Below are positions 22,422 through 34,796 of a stretch of 64,000 nucleotides of DNA, piece after piece. Positions within the stretch are counted from its first letter, which is position 1. Every line of letters starts with the position of its first letter. A program made the position numbers and the translations under genes. The stretch lies in NCBI GenBank assembly GCA_001600695.1, contig BCKQ01000001.1, forward strand, positions 1,874,340 to 1,938,339, in the 5' to 3' direction. The DNA comes from Ascoidea asiatica JCM 7603. Taxonomy: Eukaryota; Fungi; Ascomycota. The notes below the pieces were generated by a model. That model saw only the letters and a list, made by a program, of their open reading frames with translations, searched no databases and was not told the DNA's origin.

Positions 22422-22983
22422 GTTTTCATATGTTTTCATATGTTTTCATATGTTTTCATATGTTTTTATTTTTTATAGTAATTAAATTGAACTAATTAGG
22501 ATATAGCTTTAATATGAAGCCTTCTTTGATACGATTTTTTAAAAAGAATGAGAGTTATCAGGTTTCTAAAAAGGAGATTCAAATAAAAGTAACTGATCGT
22601 TAAAGAATTGAATTTAATTTTAATCTTATTTATTTCTATTTAATAATTTATAATAAATTTGAAATCTAAGCTTAGAATACATTTTTTTGAAATGCTTTTA
22701 AAAATATTGGGAAGTTAAAAACAGAAAGTTAAAAACAGAAAGTTAAAAACAGAAAGTTAAAATAGAAAGTTAAAAAAAGAAAGTTACCAGAGTTAAATAA
22801 AAAAAGAACGTATATTTCAGATCTAAAAAATTAATTTATTTCGGAATTTTTATTTTTATTTGAAAAATAAATTTAAGAATATTATTTCTAAATTCTTTTA
22901 TTAATTTTGATATTTATTAAATGCCTAAAAATGAATTTAAATGAATTTAAATGAATTTAAATGAATTTAAATGAATTTAAATG
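22422..22983 (+). repeat. Intergenic minisatellites: (GTTTTCATAT)x4, (GAAAGTTAAAAACA)n, (ATGAATTTAA)x5
   Basis: Directly visible at about 22422-22466, 22711-22785 and 22931-22983. Confidence 0.8.
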
Positions 22984-23370
22984 ATTATATAAAAATGATT
23001 GTAAAAAAAGGTGAATAAAATGAATGAAAAGAAAAAAGAAAAAAAAAGATCAAAAATAGATTAATTAGATTAATTAGATCACAAGAGATCCAAAGAGATC
23101 AAAAATATACCGTAAAAATAAATATACCGTAAAAATTAAGGACGAAAAAAACGAATAGAAAATGAGAGATAAATAATTTTTTAAATAATTTTTTAAATAA
23201 TATATGATATACAATTATTAAAGTACTTAATAAAATATTAATACTAGCGAGTATAATAGCAATTGTAAAATTTATAATAGTAATAATGTAAATAATAATA
23301 AAGATAGTAATAATAATAATATAAATAGAAAAAATAAGAAGAGAAATAAGCAAGTGATTAGGATATAATA

Positions 23371-25037
23371 TCATATATAACTACATATAAGATTTGAGTT
23401 AGAGTTAGAGTTAGAATTTGAAATTGAAATTGAATTTGAATTTGAATTTGAATTTGAATTTTGATTATTATTATTATTGTTGTTATTTGAACTGATTATT
23501 GTTGAATTTGAGGAATTTGAGAAATTACTTTTAGTTTCATCATTATCAATATTGTTATTACTATTATTATTATTATTATTATCTATGTTATTTGATAATG
23601 GAGATGTAGAATCAGAATCTAAATCTAGATCTGAATCTGAGTTTGAATTTGAATTTGAATTTGAATTTGAAATTGAATTTGAATTTGAGATTGAATTTGA
23701 ATTTGGAATATTTAAATATTCAGCCCATTCCATTAATTCATAAAGTAAATTCATATTTGGACAAATTGCAGGAGCTTTAATTTTAACATAATTATAAGCA
23801 TTATAAAAAGGAATATGTTTTAATTTCATTATATAAGCAACTATTAAAGAAGCAGATCTTGAAACACCACATTGACAATGAATTAAAATTTTTTTTTTTA
23901 AATTTAAATTTAAATTAATTAAATTTGTTAAATCTGGAAAATCTGGACATAATTTTGAAGTATGAGTCCAAGGTATATAAATATAATTAATATTTAAAAT
24001 TTGATTAAAATAAAATTGAATATTATTATTTGAATTAATTTTAATAAAATTTATTGGAATTTTAACTTCTTTTGCAACATTAATTATAATATCAAAATTA
24101 TTAATTTGATTTAAATTTGGTTCAGAATATAAATATAAATAATTATTTATAATTGGAATTGGACCATTTGGATAAGCATTTAAATTATTTTCATTTAAAT
24201 TATTATCAGAAATATTATTAAATTTATTATTAAATTTATTAAATTGAAATTGAGATAAAGTTTGAGGTTTATAAGAATTATCAAAATAAGATGATGAAGT
24301 TGATGATGAAGTTGAAGAAGATGTTGATGAAGAAGTAGATGATGTAGAAGAGGTTGAAGAAGATGATGAGGAAGCAGAAGAAGAATCATTTTGATTTATT
24401 GTAGTAGGAATAGATAAGGATAATATAGTTTTTCTTCTTCGTAAAGGAGGAATATTGGGAAGAAAAGTAGTTGTAGAAGAAGCGCTGGATATTGTTGAAG
24501 AGGAAGAAGAAGATGTAGCAGACGAAGATGATGAAGATGATGACAAAGAAGATAGCGCTGAGTAATTTGAAGAGGATGATGACGATGAAGATGAAGAAGA
24601 AGAAGAAGAAGGAACCGCTGATAAGTTTTTATTACTATTTTGATTATTCATGTTGGTACTGTTGATATTGATATTATTGATAGAATTAATAGATAATTGA
24701 GGTAAATTGTTTTTATAAGAGTTGTTGATATTATTGATATTATTATTAGTGATATTGTTAAAAAAAATACTTTTCTTTTTCTTTAATAGATTTGGATGTT
24801 TAAAAGGTAAAGAAGGAGTTAAAGGAGTTGAAGGAGAAGAATGAGATTTAAATCTAGATAAATTATTATTTTGTAAAGTATTGTTAGTATTGTTGTTATT
24901 GATGTTGTTGTTATTGTTATTTGATATAGAAGATAAATTTAATGATAAATTTTTAGTATTTCTTGATTTTAATTTCAAAGATTTTAAATTCTTTTTATTA
25001 TTATTATTATTAGTGGTAATATTATTATTAGTGGTAA

Positions 25038-25068
<31 letters not shown>

Positions 25069-25248
25069 TGAATATATATTTTGATAAGTATTTTGATAAT
25101 TATTATTTTCAGTCATATTTATATCATTTATATTGTCTATTGTATTTATATTATTTATATTACTTATTGTATTTATTGTATTTATATTTTGTATGGTTTC
25201 TAAAGTATTTATTGATCGAGAATTTAGATTGAAAGAAGAGTTATCCAT
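23371..25248 (-). CDS. MSG5: Dual-specificity MAP kinase phosphatase (Msg5/Sdp1/Cpp1 family)
   Basis: MAPK docking motif RNTKNLSLNL, AYPNGP, YLYSEP, INVAKE, WTHTS, catalytic HCQCGVSRSASL, PNM. Confidence 0.88.
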
Positions 25249-25925
25249 AATAAAAAGTGATATATTGTATATTATATTGTCTGTTGTTTGATAATGCGAA
25301 TAATGTTATATATCAGAAGATCTCAGTTTGTAATAGACATATATTATATTGTTATATTATATTGTTATATTATATATTATATATTATATTATATATTATA
25401 TTATATATTATATATTATATTGTATTGTATTGTAATACTGTTATCAGATTTCAGATTGAATATTTTCACCATACTCAAAGCTTCCAGAGCTATTAGCAGT
25501 AATTCAGTAATTCAGTAAGTTCACTGTTTACTGCACTTCTATTTAAAGCTCCACTCGAATTTCCTAACACAAACGCAATCCAAAAACAAATTAAACCAAC
25601 GCAGGTCCAGCTATTTTTATCTTGAAACAGAAAGCAGAAAGCACTACAAGCACACGCATGTGACATCATCTGTGTTCCTCTCCTTTGTCTCTTCTCTGCA
25701 AAGTTTCAGGTTTCGCATTCGTGTCCAGGAACTGATCAACAATTCTAGACTCTCAGCCGGCTAAGCTGCAACACTGCTTCTGTTGTACTTCTAAAATTAC
25801 AATATTTTGTAATTGCCAAGGTCACGTGGATGGATGGATCAACATGGTCAGGTGATGCAAGGAAATCCCCGTTCCTGGTCTCAGATGGTCCCGTGGTTGC
25901 TGACGTAATGCATGACTAACACCGT

Positions 25926-25975
25926 ATCCACTTATCTGGATCCACTTATCTGGATCCACTTAGCTGGATCCACTT
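25926..25975 (+). repeat. About 3.5 copies of a 14-bp tandem repeat ATCCACTTATCTGG in the MSG5/KAP122 divergent promoter
   Basis: Directly visible; two copies contain CTTATC (GATAAG on the minus strand). Confidence 0.85.
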
Positions 25976-26052
25976 TCTAATATAAATATAAACAATCATC
26001 AAAAACAATCAATAAAAAAAGTAGGTTTAAAAAAACCAGTCAATAAATATAT

Positions 26053-26083
<31 letters not shown>

Positions 26084-26136
26084 TAAAATAATCTCAATTC
26101 ATTTCAATTCTTACAATAATAACTATAAACAAAATC

Positions 26137-29100
26137 ATGGAAATGGATATCGATATACAACATCTACTCAATATAGACTTAGATAAACTATCTTCAATAG
26201 ATTTAGATACTTTAATAAATAATTTAAATATTAATCAAATTGTTAATTTAATTGACAATTTTTATTCAATTAATAATAATAATAATAACAACTTTAATAA
26301 AATTCAAAAATTTTTACAATTTATTCAAAAATCAAAAAATGGTTTAAATATTGCAAATGATTTATTATTATTAAAAAATAATTATTCTTTAAATGTTAAA
26401 TTCTTTGGCGCTTTAACTTATACAATTAATTTAAATCAATTATTTAATAATAAACAACAACCGCCAACTATTAACAATAACAATAACAACTACAACAATA
26501 TAATATCATTATCTGATTCTGAAAATGATTCTTCTATTGAAAATGATTTAGATAATAATGATAGAATTATTATTCAAAATAATTTATTAAATGATAAAAT
26601 TTTATTTATTTTAAATCAATTATTAAATCATTTAATAAATTTAATAAATTTAAATTCAATTAATTTAAATTTTATAATCAATAAATTATTATCTAATTTA
26701 TCTTTAATATATATTAATTTAAATAATAATAATATAAATTCAATTAATAATACTTCAATTTGGTTTAATCCTTTATTATCTCTATTCAAAATTTTAATTA
26801 ACAATAATAATAATAATAATAACATAAATAATATTAAAGAAATAATTAATGAAAATTCAAATTATAATTTAATTCAATTTTTAAATAATTCAATTAAAAA
26901 TCAAAATGATTTAAAAATAATTTATATTCTTTTAAATTTTTCAAAAATTATTATTGAAGATTTATTAAAATTTGATTCAAATAATAAAAAATTATCTTTA
27001 TATTTACATAATTTAATTTCAATTCATTTATTTATTTCAAATGAATTAATTTTAACTTATATTCTTAAAGAATCTAATTCTAATTTTAATTCAAATTCAA
27101 ATTCTAATATAATTATAGATATAAATATAAAATTAGAATCTATACAAACTTTACAATCTTGGTTAAATTATATTAATTCAATTTCTTTAAGATTACCTTC
27201 AATAAATTATAATTTAAATAATTTATTTAATTTAATTATAAATAATTTATCTAATTTAAATAAAAATTCAATCTTTATTATTAATAATATTGATTTAATT
27301 CAATCATATTTTGAATTTTTAACTTATATTTTTGAAACTTTTCCAAAATTTTTAAATTTAAAATTTAAATCAAATTTTATTCAATTTTTATTTAATGATA
27401 TTATTATAACTTATGATAATAATGATAATAATGATAATAAAAATTTAAATTTTTCAAAATTTTATTTAAATTATCTTATTAATGATAATGATAATGATTC
27501 AATTTTAAATTTTTCAAATTTATTAATCTCATTTTTTGAAATTGATATTATAAAATTTTCTTCAACTTTAATTAATAATGAAAATAATAAAATTTTTGAA
27601 TTTTTAATAAATTTAACAAATTTTAATGGTTTACCAATTATAGATGAATTAATTTCAAAAAATTTTATAGAATTTTGGATTGAAATTTCTGAAGTTATAA
27701 TTGAAAATAATGAAAATTTATTAATAATTTTTAAAAATAATAGTGAAAATTTATTAAATTTAAATAAAAAATTAAAATTAATTTTAATTAATTTATCTCA
27801 AATTTATTGGTCAAAATTAAATTTACCTTTAAATAATAATTTAATTTTAAAAAATTTATTAATTTTTAATAAAGATGAATATTTATCTTATAGAAGAGAT
27901 ATTAATGATTTTTTTGAAATTATTTATCAAATTATTGGTATACCTTTAATTCAAAATTTATCAAATAATATCATTTTAAATTTAAATAACAATACAAATA
28001 CAAATACAAATATTAATGATAATGATAATGATATTTTAAATATTGAAAATATTATTCAAATTGAATCTTCAATATTTTTATTAACTTCAATAACTCAATC
28101 ATTTTCTGATGAAAATTTTTCAAAAATTATTTTAAATATATTCTCAGAAATTTTTGAATCAAATATTTTAAATAAAATTTTTAAATCAAATAATTTTTTT
28201 TTATCTTTAACTTTTGTTAATTTTTTAAGTAAAATTGATTTTTTTTATAGACATAAAATTGGTATAAAATATTTAGAATCAATTTTAAATTTCTTATTCA
28301 ATTGTTTATCTTCAAATCAATTTTTAATTTCTCCATTTTTAATTTTCAATAATAATCAAAATTTAAATGAAAATAATTCTTATAAATTTCAATTAATTGT
28401 TGCAAAATCAATTTCAAAAATTTGTAATAATAGTAGAGCTTCATTAATAAATTTTTTACCAAATTTTAATCAAATTTTATTTAATATTATTAATAATTTA
28501 TCAATTAATAATTTCATTAGAGAAAAAATTGTTAATTCAGTTAGTTCAATTATTCAAAGTATTAATGATCCAAATATTCAAGCAAAACATTTATTTAATT
28601 TAATTAATTCAATAAATTTAAAATCTATAGAAATTTTAAATAATATTAAATTAAATTTAAATTTTTTAAATGATCAAAATTTAAATTATTTAATTTCTTT
28701 ATTAAATTGTATTTATGAAATTGGTAAAGGTATGCAATTTCCTGATGAAATTGAAGATTATTTTAATACTGAAGAAGAAAAACTTATATATATAAATTAT
28801 TGGTTAAAAGATCCATTAGATATAAAAAATTTAATTTTAAAAATTTTATCAAATTTTTCAATAAATTTAGAAAATAAATTAATTTTTTTAAATTATAATA
28901 ATAAAACAAAAATTGATCAAGAAAATAAAATTAACTATTTTAATGAAATTATTGATAAATCTTGTTCAATTTTTAGAACTGGTTTATGTGAATTAATTCC
29001 AGGTCCATTTATTTTTGATAATTCAATTTTATTAGATTTTATTTCTTTACAAGTTGAAACAATTATAAAAATAAGTTCTGAAAATAAAAAAATTTTAATG

Positions 29101-29811
29101 TCATTAACTTATTTATTTGATTTATTAACAACTATAATTAATAGTAATTTTAATAAATTAACAAAAAATCAAGTTTCTTTAATTTTAAATAAAGTTTTAA
29201 TTAAAAATATTAATTCAATTATATTAATTGATCCTGATTTTATACAATCTTGTTTACAAATTTTAATTGCAATTATTGATAAAAAACCAAATTTAATAAT
29301 TTATAAAAATACTTCTGTAAATTTAAAAATTTTATTAAAATTTAATTTAAATAATCTTCAAAGAAATGAAAAACATTTATTAAAATATACTATGCAATTT
29401 TGGAGAGGTATTATTCAATTAAAAAAAGGTGATCAAGAATCTCATGAATTTATGAAAAATTTATTTATTCAAGGTGAAGTTGGACAAAATTTGACTTTAA
29501 TTTCATTAAAATCTTTAATTAATTCAGATAGATCTAATTCTGGAACATATGCAGAAATTTTAAGAACAATTATTGGAAAATATCCTTTAGAATTTAAAAA
29601 TTGGATATTGAATAGTTTCACAATTATTAATCTAGAAGCTTTAATATTAAATAATTCTTTAGCAGAAGTTAATCGAAAATCTAAAGTTTTTAAACAACAA
29701 GAAATTGATTTTTTGGTTAAAAAATTAATATTAACAAGAGGATCAAAAAGAATGGTGACAATACTTAAAGATTTTTGGTTAACTGCCAATGGACTTATTG
29801 ATTATACTTAA
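26137..29811 (+). CDS. KAP122: Importin-beta family karyopherin Kap122/Pdr6 (importin-13-like)
   Basis: 1224-aa helical HEAT-like ORF. IQKFLQFIQKS, VKFFGALTY, TNFNGLPIIDELIS...FW, YRRDINDFFE, C-terminal LKDFWL. Confidence 0.78.
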   Translation: MEMDIDIQHLLNIDLDKLSSIDLDTLINNLNINQIVNLIDNFYSINNNNNNNFNKIQKFLQFIQKSKNGLNIANDLLLLKNNYSLNVKFFGALTYTINLNQLFNNKQQPPTINNNNNNYNNIISLSDSENDSSIENDLDNNDRIIIQNNLLNDKILFILNQLLNHLINLINLNSINLNFIINKLLSNLSLIYINLNNNNINSINNTSIWFNPLLSLFKILINNNNNNNNINNIKEIINENSNYNLIQFLNNSIKNQNDLKIIYILLNFSKIIIEDLLKFDSNNKKLSLYLHNLISIHLFISNELILTYILKESNSNFNSNSNSNIIIDINIKLESIQTLQSWLNYINSISLRLPSINYNLNNLFNLIINNLSNLNKNSIFIINNIDLIQSYFEFLTYIFETFPKFLNLKFKSNFIQFLFNDIIITYDNNDNNDNKNLNFSKFYLNYLINDNDNDSILNFSNLLISFFEIDIIKFSSTLINNENNKIFEFLINLTNFNGLPIIDELISKNFIEFWIEISEVIIENNENLLIIFKNNSENLLNLNKKLKLILINLSQIYWSKLNLPLNNNLILKNLLIFNKDEYLSYRRDINDFFEIIYQIIGIPLIQNLSNNIILNLNNNTNTNTNINDNDNDILNIENIIQIESSIFLLTSITQSFSDENFSKIILNIFSEIFESNILNKIFKSNNFFLSLTFVNFLSKIDFFYRHKIGIKYLESILNFLFNCLSSNQFLISPFLIFNNNQNLNENNSYKFQLIVAKSISKICNNSRASLINFLPNFNQILFNIINNLSINNFIREKIVNSVSSIIQSINDPNIQAKHLFNLINSINLKSIEILNNIKLNLNFLNDQNLNYLISLLNCIYEIGKGMQFPDEIEDYFNTEEEKLIYINYWLKDPLDIKNLILKILSNFSINLENKLIFLNYNNKTKIDQENKINYFNEIIDKSCSIFRTGLCELIPGPFIFDNSILLDFISLQVETIIKISSENKKILMSLTYLFDLLTTIINSNFNKLTKNQVSLILNKVLIKNINSIILIDPDFIQSCLQILIAIIDKKPNLIIYKNTSVNLKILLKFNLNNLQRNEKHLLKYTMQFWRGIIQLKKGDQESHEFMKNLFIQGEVGQNLTLISLKSLINSDRSNSGTYAEILRTIIGKYPLEFKNWILNSFTIINLEALILNNSLAEVNRKSKVFKQQEIDFLVKKLILTRGSKRMVTILKDFWLTANGLIDYT

Positions 29812-30045
29812 ATAGTAATCAAAGAATGTACGTTTAAGATTCTTTTCCTAATGATATTTTTTTATTATTCTTTTTTTTTTTTTTCAAATTCATCGCATTG
29901 CATACATGATTTCATAATTACATTATTTCATTATTTTAATATCATTTTGGAAAAGGATTTTCAATGTTTTTTAAAAAAATTCATATATTTAAAATAGACT
30001 ATAAAAAATAAATAAAATTACATAAAAAAAACAGGGAGAAAATAT

Positions 30046-31539
30046 TTAAGCTTGCATTTTTTCTAATAAAGAACATAAGAAATCAGCTTCAGCATTATAA
30101 TCTAATGGAGAAATTGATTGAGCTTGATATCTAATTCTAGCATTACCATTATAAGTATCAGTTCTTGCACTTAATCTTAAATTATATTCTTGAGATTGAC
30201 ATTTTTCTAATAAATCTTTAAAAGCAATTTCATTATCATCTTTTAAATTTAAAAGAGATTTTGCATCCATTTGTAATAAATTTTTTGCAGATTCATCAAA
30301 TAAAGTTACCCAAATTTGACTTGTATTATCCATAATTGAACAACTTAAAATATATCTTCTTTCAGGTTCTGGATGATTAATATTACATTTTTCACATCTC
30401 CATAAACCACCATCTTGTTCAATAACTTTTCTATTACAATTTAAAGAAGCACAAGCATTATAATAAAAATTATCTGGTTTTATATAATTTATAAAAGCTT
30501 TAATTGAGAAATAATCTGGTTTTTCATTTGTACCTAAATTTTCATCAATTGCTTCTTGAATTGATTTTCTTTCAGATAAATTTAATGAACCTAAATTACC
30601 ATTAGATCTTTCAATTTTTAAACTTATAAAATTTTGATTATGACCTTGAGAATCATACCAACCTTTTAATTTAAATGCATCAGGTACATCAGGATTTGAA
30701 ATTATTGTACCAGCTTGAGTTAAAGATAAACTTCTACCACCAAAATCCGAAATTTTTGCACCTTTTATTGCAATTACAGAACCTATTGGTAAATCAAAAT
30801 CTAAAGCAGTTTTATTCCAAAGACCTAAATTTATTGCAAAATTTGTATTATCAACAATAATTATATCTCTTCTATCATATGGTTTACCAGTTGATTTTGC
30901 AATAATTTGAAAAGTTGGTAAAACTTCTTTTAAAATTCCAATAATATCAATAATTAAATTTGGTTGTAAATTTTGAATTTTTGATAAAGAAATAAAATCA
31001 AAATGTAATTTTGGTACATCATTTGAATCATTATCTAAACAAATTTCAATTTCAGTATCTCTATCTAAAGATAATTCATATGGATGTGATAAATTTGAAA
31101 ATTGAGATCTTGCAGGATTAATTCTTGCTTTTGAAATATAAAAAACTTTATTTTCTTGTAATAAATCATAAAATTTATCACATTGATCATTAAAAGCAGT
31201 TGCTCTAATTTCATTTGATTCATCTAAAAAATTACAATTAAATAATTTTCCATCACCTTTTTGATTTGACCAAGTTCTTATAGGAGATTTATAAGAAACT
31301 CTTGCTTTTATTGTCCAAATATTTTGATAAGGAGATAATTGATCAATTGGATAAATAGTTTGATTATTACGTTTTGAAGTTCTTGAGATTGAATTAGTTT
31401 TATCATTGTTATTATTATTGTTGTTGTTATTTGAATAGAAAGATTGAGAATCAATTTTATTTGGTTTAACGGTTGTATTGCTGTTATCATTATTATCATT
31501 ATTATCATTATTATTATCATTGGAAGTAGTATTAGTATT

Positions 31540-31574
<35 letters not shown>

Positions 31575-32142
31575 TTTGAAGATAAGTATTATATTTTGCA
31601 TAAGTATTACTTATATTTTTATTTGGATTTATAAGATTTTCATTTTTATGATTATTAATATAATTTAAATTATATTTTATAAAAGGATATTTATCAATTT
31701 TTAAATTTGATAATGGAATTTTAATAGTTTTTGCAGAATCTGAAGGTACTAAATTTATAAAATTTTTATTTTTTTTAAAAAATTCATCAATTGACATTAT
31801 TGGTTTACCAATTTTTGAAGATAAATGAGAAATTACAATTAAATCTGAAATTATTATTACATGTTTTTGACCATCACTCATTTTTTCTAAATCATAAGAT
31901 TTTATTAAAATTATTGAAGATTTTTGAATATCTTGTTTTTGACAATATGGTACAGATTCTGGTCTAACAACAGCATGAGTTGTATATTCACCATCAGAAA
32001 TTATCATTCTTAATCTTATACCTTGATCATTTGAAATTAATTTAATATTAGTTACTTGAACTTTAAATGGTGGTCTTGCACTCCAAAAATCATAATCATT
32101 AAAAAGTAAATGTAAAATATTTTTATCTAAAGTATCTGACAT
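30046..32142 (-). CDS. RFA1: Replication protein A 70-kDa subunit
   Basis: IDQLSPYQNIWTIKARVSYKS, DESNEIRATAFN, DFGGRSLS, LKGWYD, C4 zinc motif YNACASLNCNRKV...WRCEKC. Confidence 0.97.
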
Positions 32143-32386
32143 TTTTGAATTAAAGTAAGAATAAGAATAGGATATTAAAGAAGTTATTGAATCGAATTGG
32201 TAACAATGCTAGTTATATTAACTTTGTAATTGAAATAAGTGATTGATTGATTGATTGATTTGAATTAAGAGTAAAACAAAAGTGTGAAATTGTTAAAAAT
32301 ATGGAAAGATTCAAAGATTCAAAGATTTAAACATTCAAAACACTCCACTGAAAATGAAGGATATTTATTTATTGAGGTTTTGCTCA

Positions 32387-32480
32387 ACGCGTAAGAAAAA
32401 CAAAAAAACAGAAAAACAGAAAAACAGAAACACGTGACACAAAAATAGTTAAAAAATAAATAAAAAAAAAAGCGACGCGT
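32387..32480. promoter_or_regulatory. Two MCB elements (ACGCGT) and a Cbf1-type CACGTGAC in the RFA1 divergent promoter
   Basis: ACGCGT at 32387-32392 and 32475-32480; CACGTGAC at 32431-32438. RFA1 is a canonical MBF target in yeasts. Confidence 0.75.
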
Positions 32481-32750
32481 AAAAAAACAAAAAAAGCGCA
32501 AACCTCCAAAAAGCAAACCCCTGAAAATGTCAGGTGATTAAACCGGGGTCTGAGTTGGTGGCGTGTACATTGGAAGTGTGGCGAGTGAGTTGCCAGTGCG
32601 AAGAAACGGAAAAGAAACAAAGAAACAAAGAAACAAAGAAACAAAGAAACAAAGAGACAAAAGAAGAAGAAGAAGAAGAAGAAGAGACAATACAATACAA
32701 TACAATACAATACAAGACAGACGAGACAAGAGAAGAGAAATAGTAAGAAG

Positions 32751-34724
32751 ATGCCTCCACAGACAACAGAGAAGAGACGAAGGAAGACAAGAAGCTCGCA
32801 TGCTGCCAGTGCCACTCCCCAGCCAGACCATGATCTTTCTCGTTCATCTCGAAGACAATCTCATTCCCAGAATCAGTTTCAGCAGCAGCAATTACAACAA
32901 CAACAGCAACAGCAACAACAACAACAACAACAACAACAATTCCAACAACAGCAACAGCAACAACAACAGTTAAATGAAAATATTCATGATGAAGCAGATA
33001 TAATGTCATTTAGAAATATTGCTTTAAATAGATTCACCTTAAATCAAGAATTAATGGATAGTTTATTCTCAAGACATTTAAATATTTTCAAAAATATTGA
33101 ACCATCTGAATCTTTTCCAACTTTAATTAAAGAAAAATTAAAATCTTCAATAAATAATAATAGCAATAGCAATAGCAATAGCAATAGCAATAGCAATACT
33201 TTTAATTCATCTTTGAAAAAATTTTTATATTCAAATATTTTTAAAGATTTAAATCCATCTGATATTTGGTTTGGAGATTTAAAAATTTTAAAAAAACAAA
33301 ATGAAATTTATGAAAATGAAATTAATGATTTAAGTAATTTATTAATAAATTTAATTAAAAATATTAATAATGATATAATTTATGAAAGTGAATTGGATAT
33401 AGAATTAGAAAATAAAAAATTAAATAAAAAATTAGAAAAATTAGAAAAATTAAATAAATTTGAAATGGAAAATGATTTTAATAATTTAAATTATAAAATT
33501 AAAACTATAGATTTAAATTTATTAAATAAATTAAGATTATTAATTAATATTTATGATAATAATAAAGAAAATGATTTAATTTCAATTATTGAAAAAAATT
33601 CTTATAATTTAAATAAATTATCTACTAATACTAATAATATTATTACTAATAGTAGTAGTAATAATAAAAAATTTACTAAAACTAATAAAAATAATAAAAA
33701 TAATAAAAATAATAAAATTTCAAAAAAAATTATCAATAACAACAACAATAATAATAATAATTTATTACCATTAAATAAAAAAATTTTATTAAATTTAAAT
33801 ATTAATGGAAATTATATTAAAAAATCAATAAATTCTTTAAAACCATTAAATTATTCTGAAGCTCCAGAAAATTATTGGAATGATCTTAAAATTAAAGAAG
33901 ATAATTTAAAACAATTACAATTAATAAGACAAAGACAAAGACAAGAAGAAGAAGAAGAAAATGAAAGAATTAGATTACAAACACAACAACAAGAATTAGA
34001 AGAACTGAATTTTCAAAGAAAACAACAATTAAATTTATCTTTAAATCCATTATCAAATGATAATAATATTAATAATATTAATAATATTAATAATAATAAT
34101 ATTAATAATAATAATATTAATAATAATAATATTAATAAAGATTTACTTTTAAAATCAGATAATAAAAGTCAATCAAATTTAGATTTAGATCCAAACTTAG
34201 ATCAAAATTTAGATCTTTCTTTAGTTGTTGATGATATAAATTTAAATATGGATGTAAATAATTTAAATTTAAATCATTTAGGAATAAATAATTTAAGTAT
34301 GAATAATTTAAATATGAATAATTTAGGAATGAATAATATTCCAATGAACATGAATTTACCTTTTAATAATAATATATCTAATAATAATTTAAATATTAAT
34401 CTAAATAATGGTAATAATAATAATAATAATATAACTAATAATATCAATAATGGTTTACCATTTAATGGTAATTCAAATTTACCTTTCAATAATAATATTA
34501 ATAATAATATTAATAGTAATACTAACTTACCTATGAATATGAATAATTTATCAATGAATAATATTTCAATGAATAATTTAAATATGAATATGAACATGAA
34601 CATGAACATGAATATGAATATGAATATGGGTTTAGTTGATGATAATAATGAAAATTTTGATTTTTTAAATATGCAAAGTTCTTTAGATGATCAAGATTTC
34701 TTAGTTGATCATTCAATGGAATAA
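32751..34724 (+). CDS. Q/N-rich nuclear protein, candidate SWI/SNF subunit Snf6-like
   Basis: Basic N-terminus, poly-Q, short conserved-looking block DEADIMSFRNIALNRFTLNQELMDSLF, coiled coils, acidic/Met-rich tail. The family call is tentative. Confidence 0.5.
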   Translation: MPPQTTEKRRRKTRSSHAASATPQPDHDLSRSSRRQSHSQNQFQQQQLQQQQQQQQQQQQQQQFQQQQQQQQQLNENIHDEADIMSFRNIALNRFTLNQELMDSLFSRHLNIFKNIEPSESFPTLIKEKLKSSINNNSNSNSNSNSNSNTFNSSLKKFLYSNIFKDLNPSDIWFGDLKILKKQNEIYENEINDLSNLLINLIKNINNDIIYESELDIELENKKLNKKLEKLEKLNKFEMENDFNNLNYKIKTIDLNLLNKLRLLINIYDNNKENDLISIIEKNSYNLNKLSTNTNNIITNSSSNNKKFTKTNKNNKNNKNNKISKKIINNNNNNNNNLLPLNKKILLNLNINGNYIKKSINSLKPLNYSEAPENYWNDLKIKEDNLKQLQLIRQRQRQEEEEENERIRLQTQQQELEELNFQRKQQLNLSLNPLSNDNNINNINNINNNNINNNNINNNNINKDLLLKSDNKSQSNLDLDPNLDQNLDLSLVVDDINLNMDVNNLNLNHLGINNLSMNNLNMNNLGMNNIPMNMNLPFNNNISNNNLNINLNNGNNNNNNITNNINNGLPFNGNSNLPFNNNINNNINSNTNLPMNMNNLSMNNISMNNLNMNMNMNMNMNMNMNMGLVDDNNENFDFLNMQSSLDDQDFLVDHSME

Positions 34725-34796
34725 TTCTTATTTATAATCTTGATTTATTTTTGTAATATATATATATATACTGTATATCTATTTCTTTTCTTTTTT

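Noticed and set aside
32319-33009. Six overlapping short ORFs in the RFA1 divergent promoter
   Set aside because: Built from (AAGAAACA)n, (GAA)n, (CAATA)n and poly-Q repeats; no domain features.
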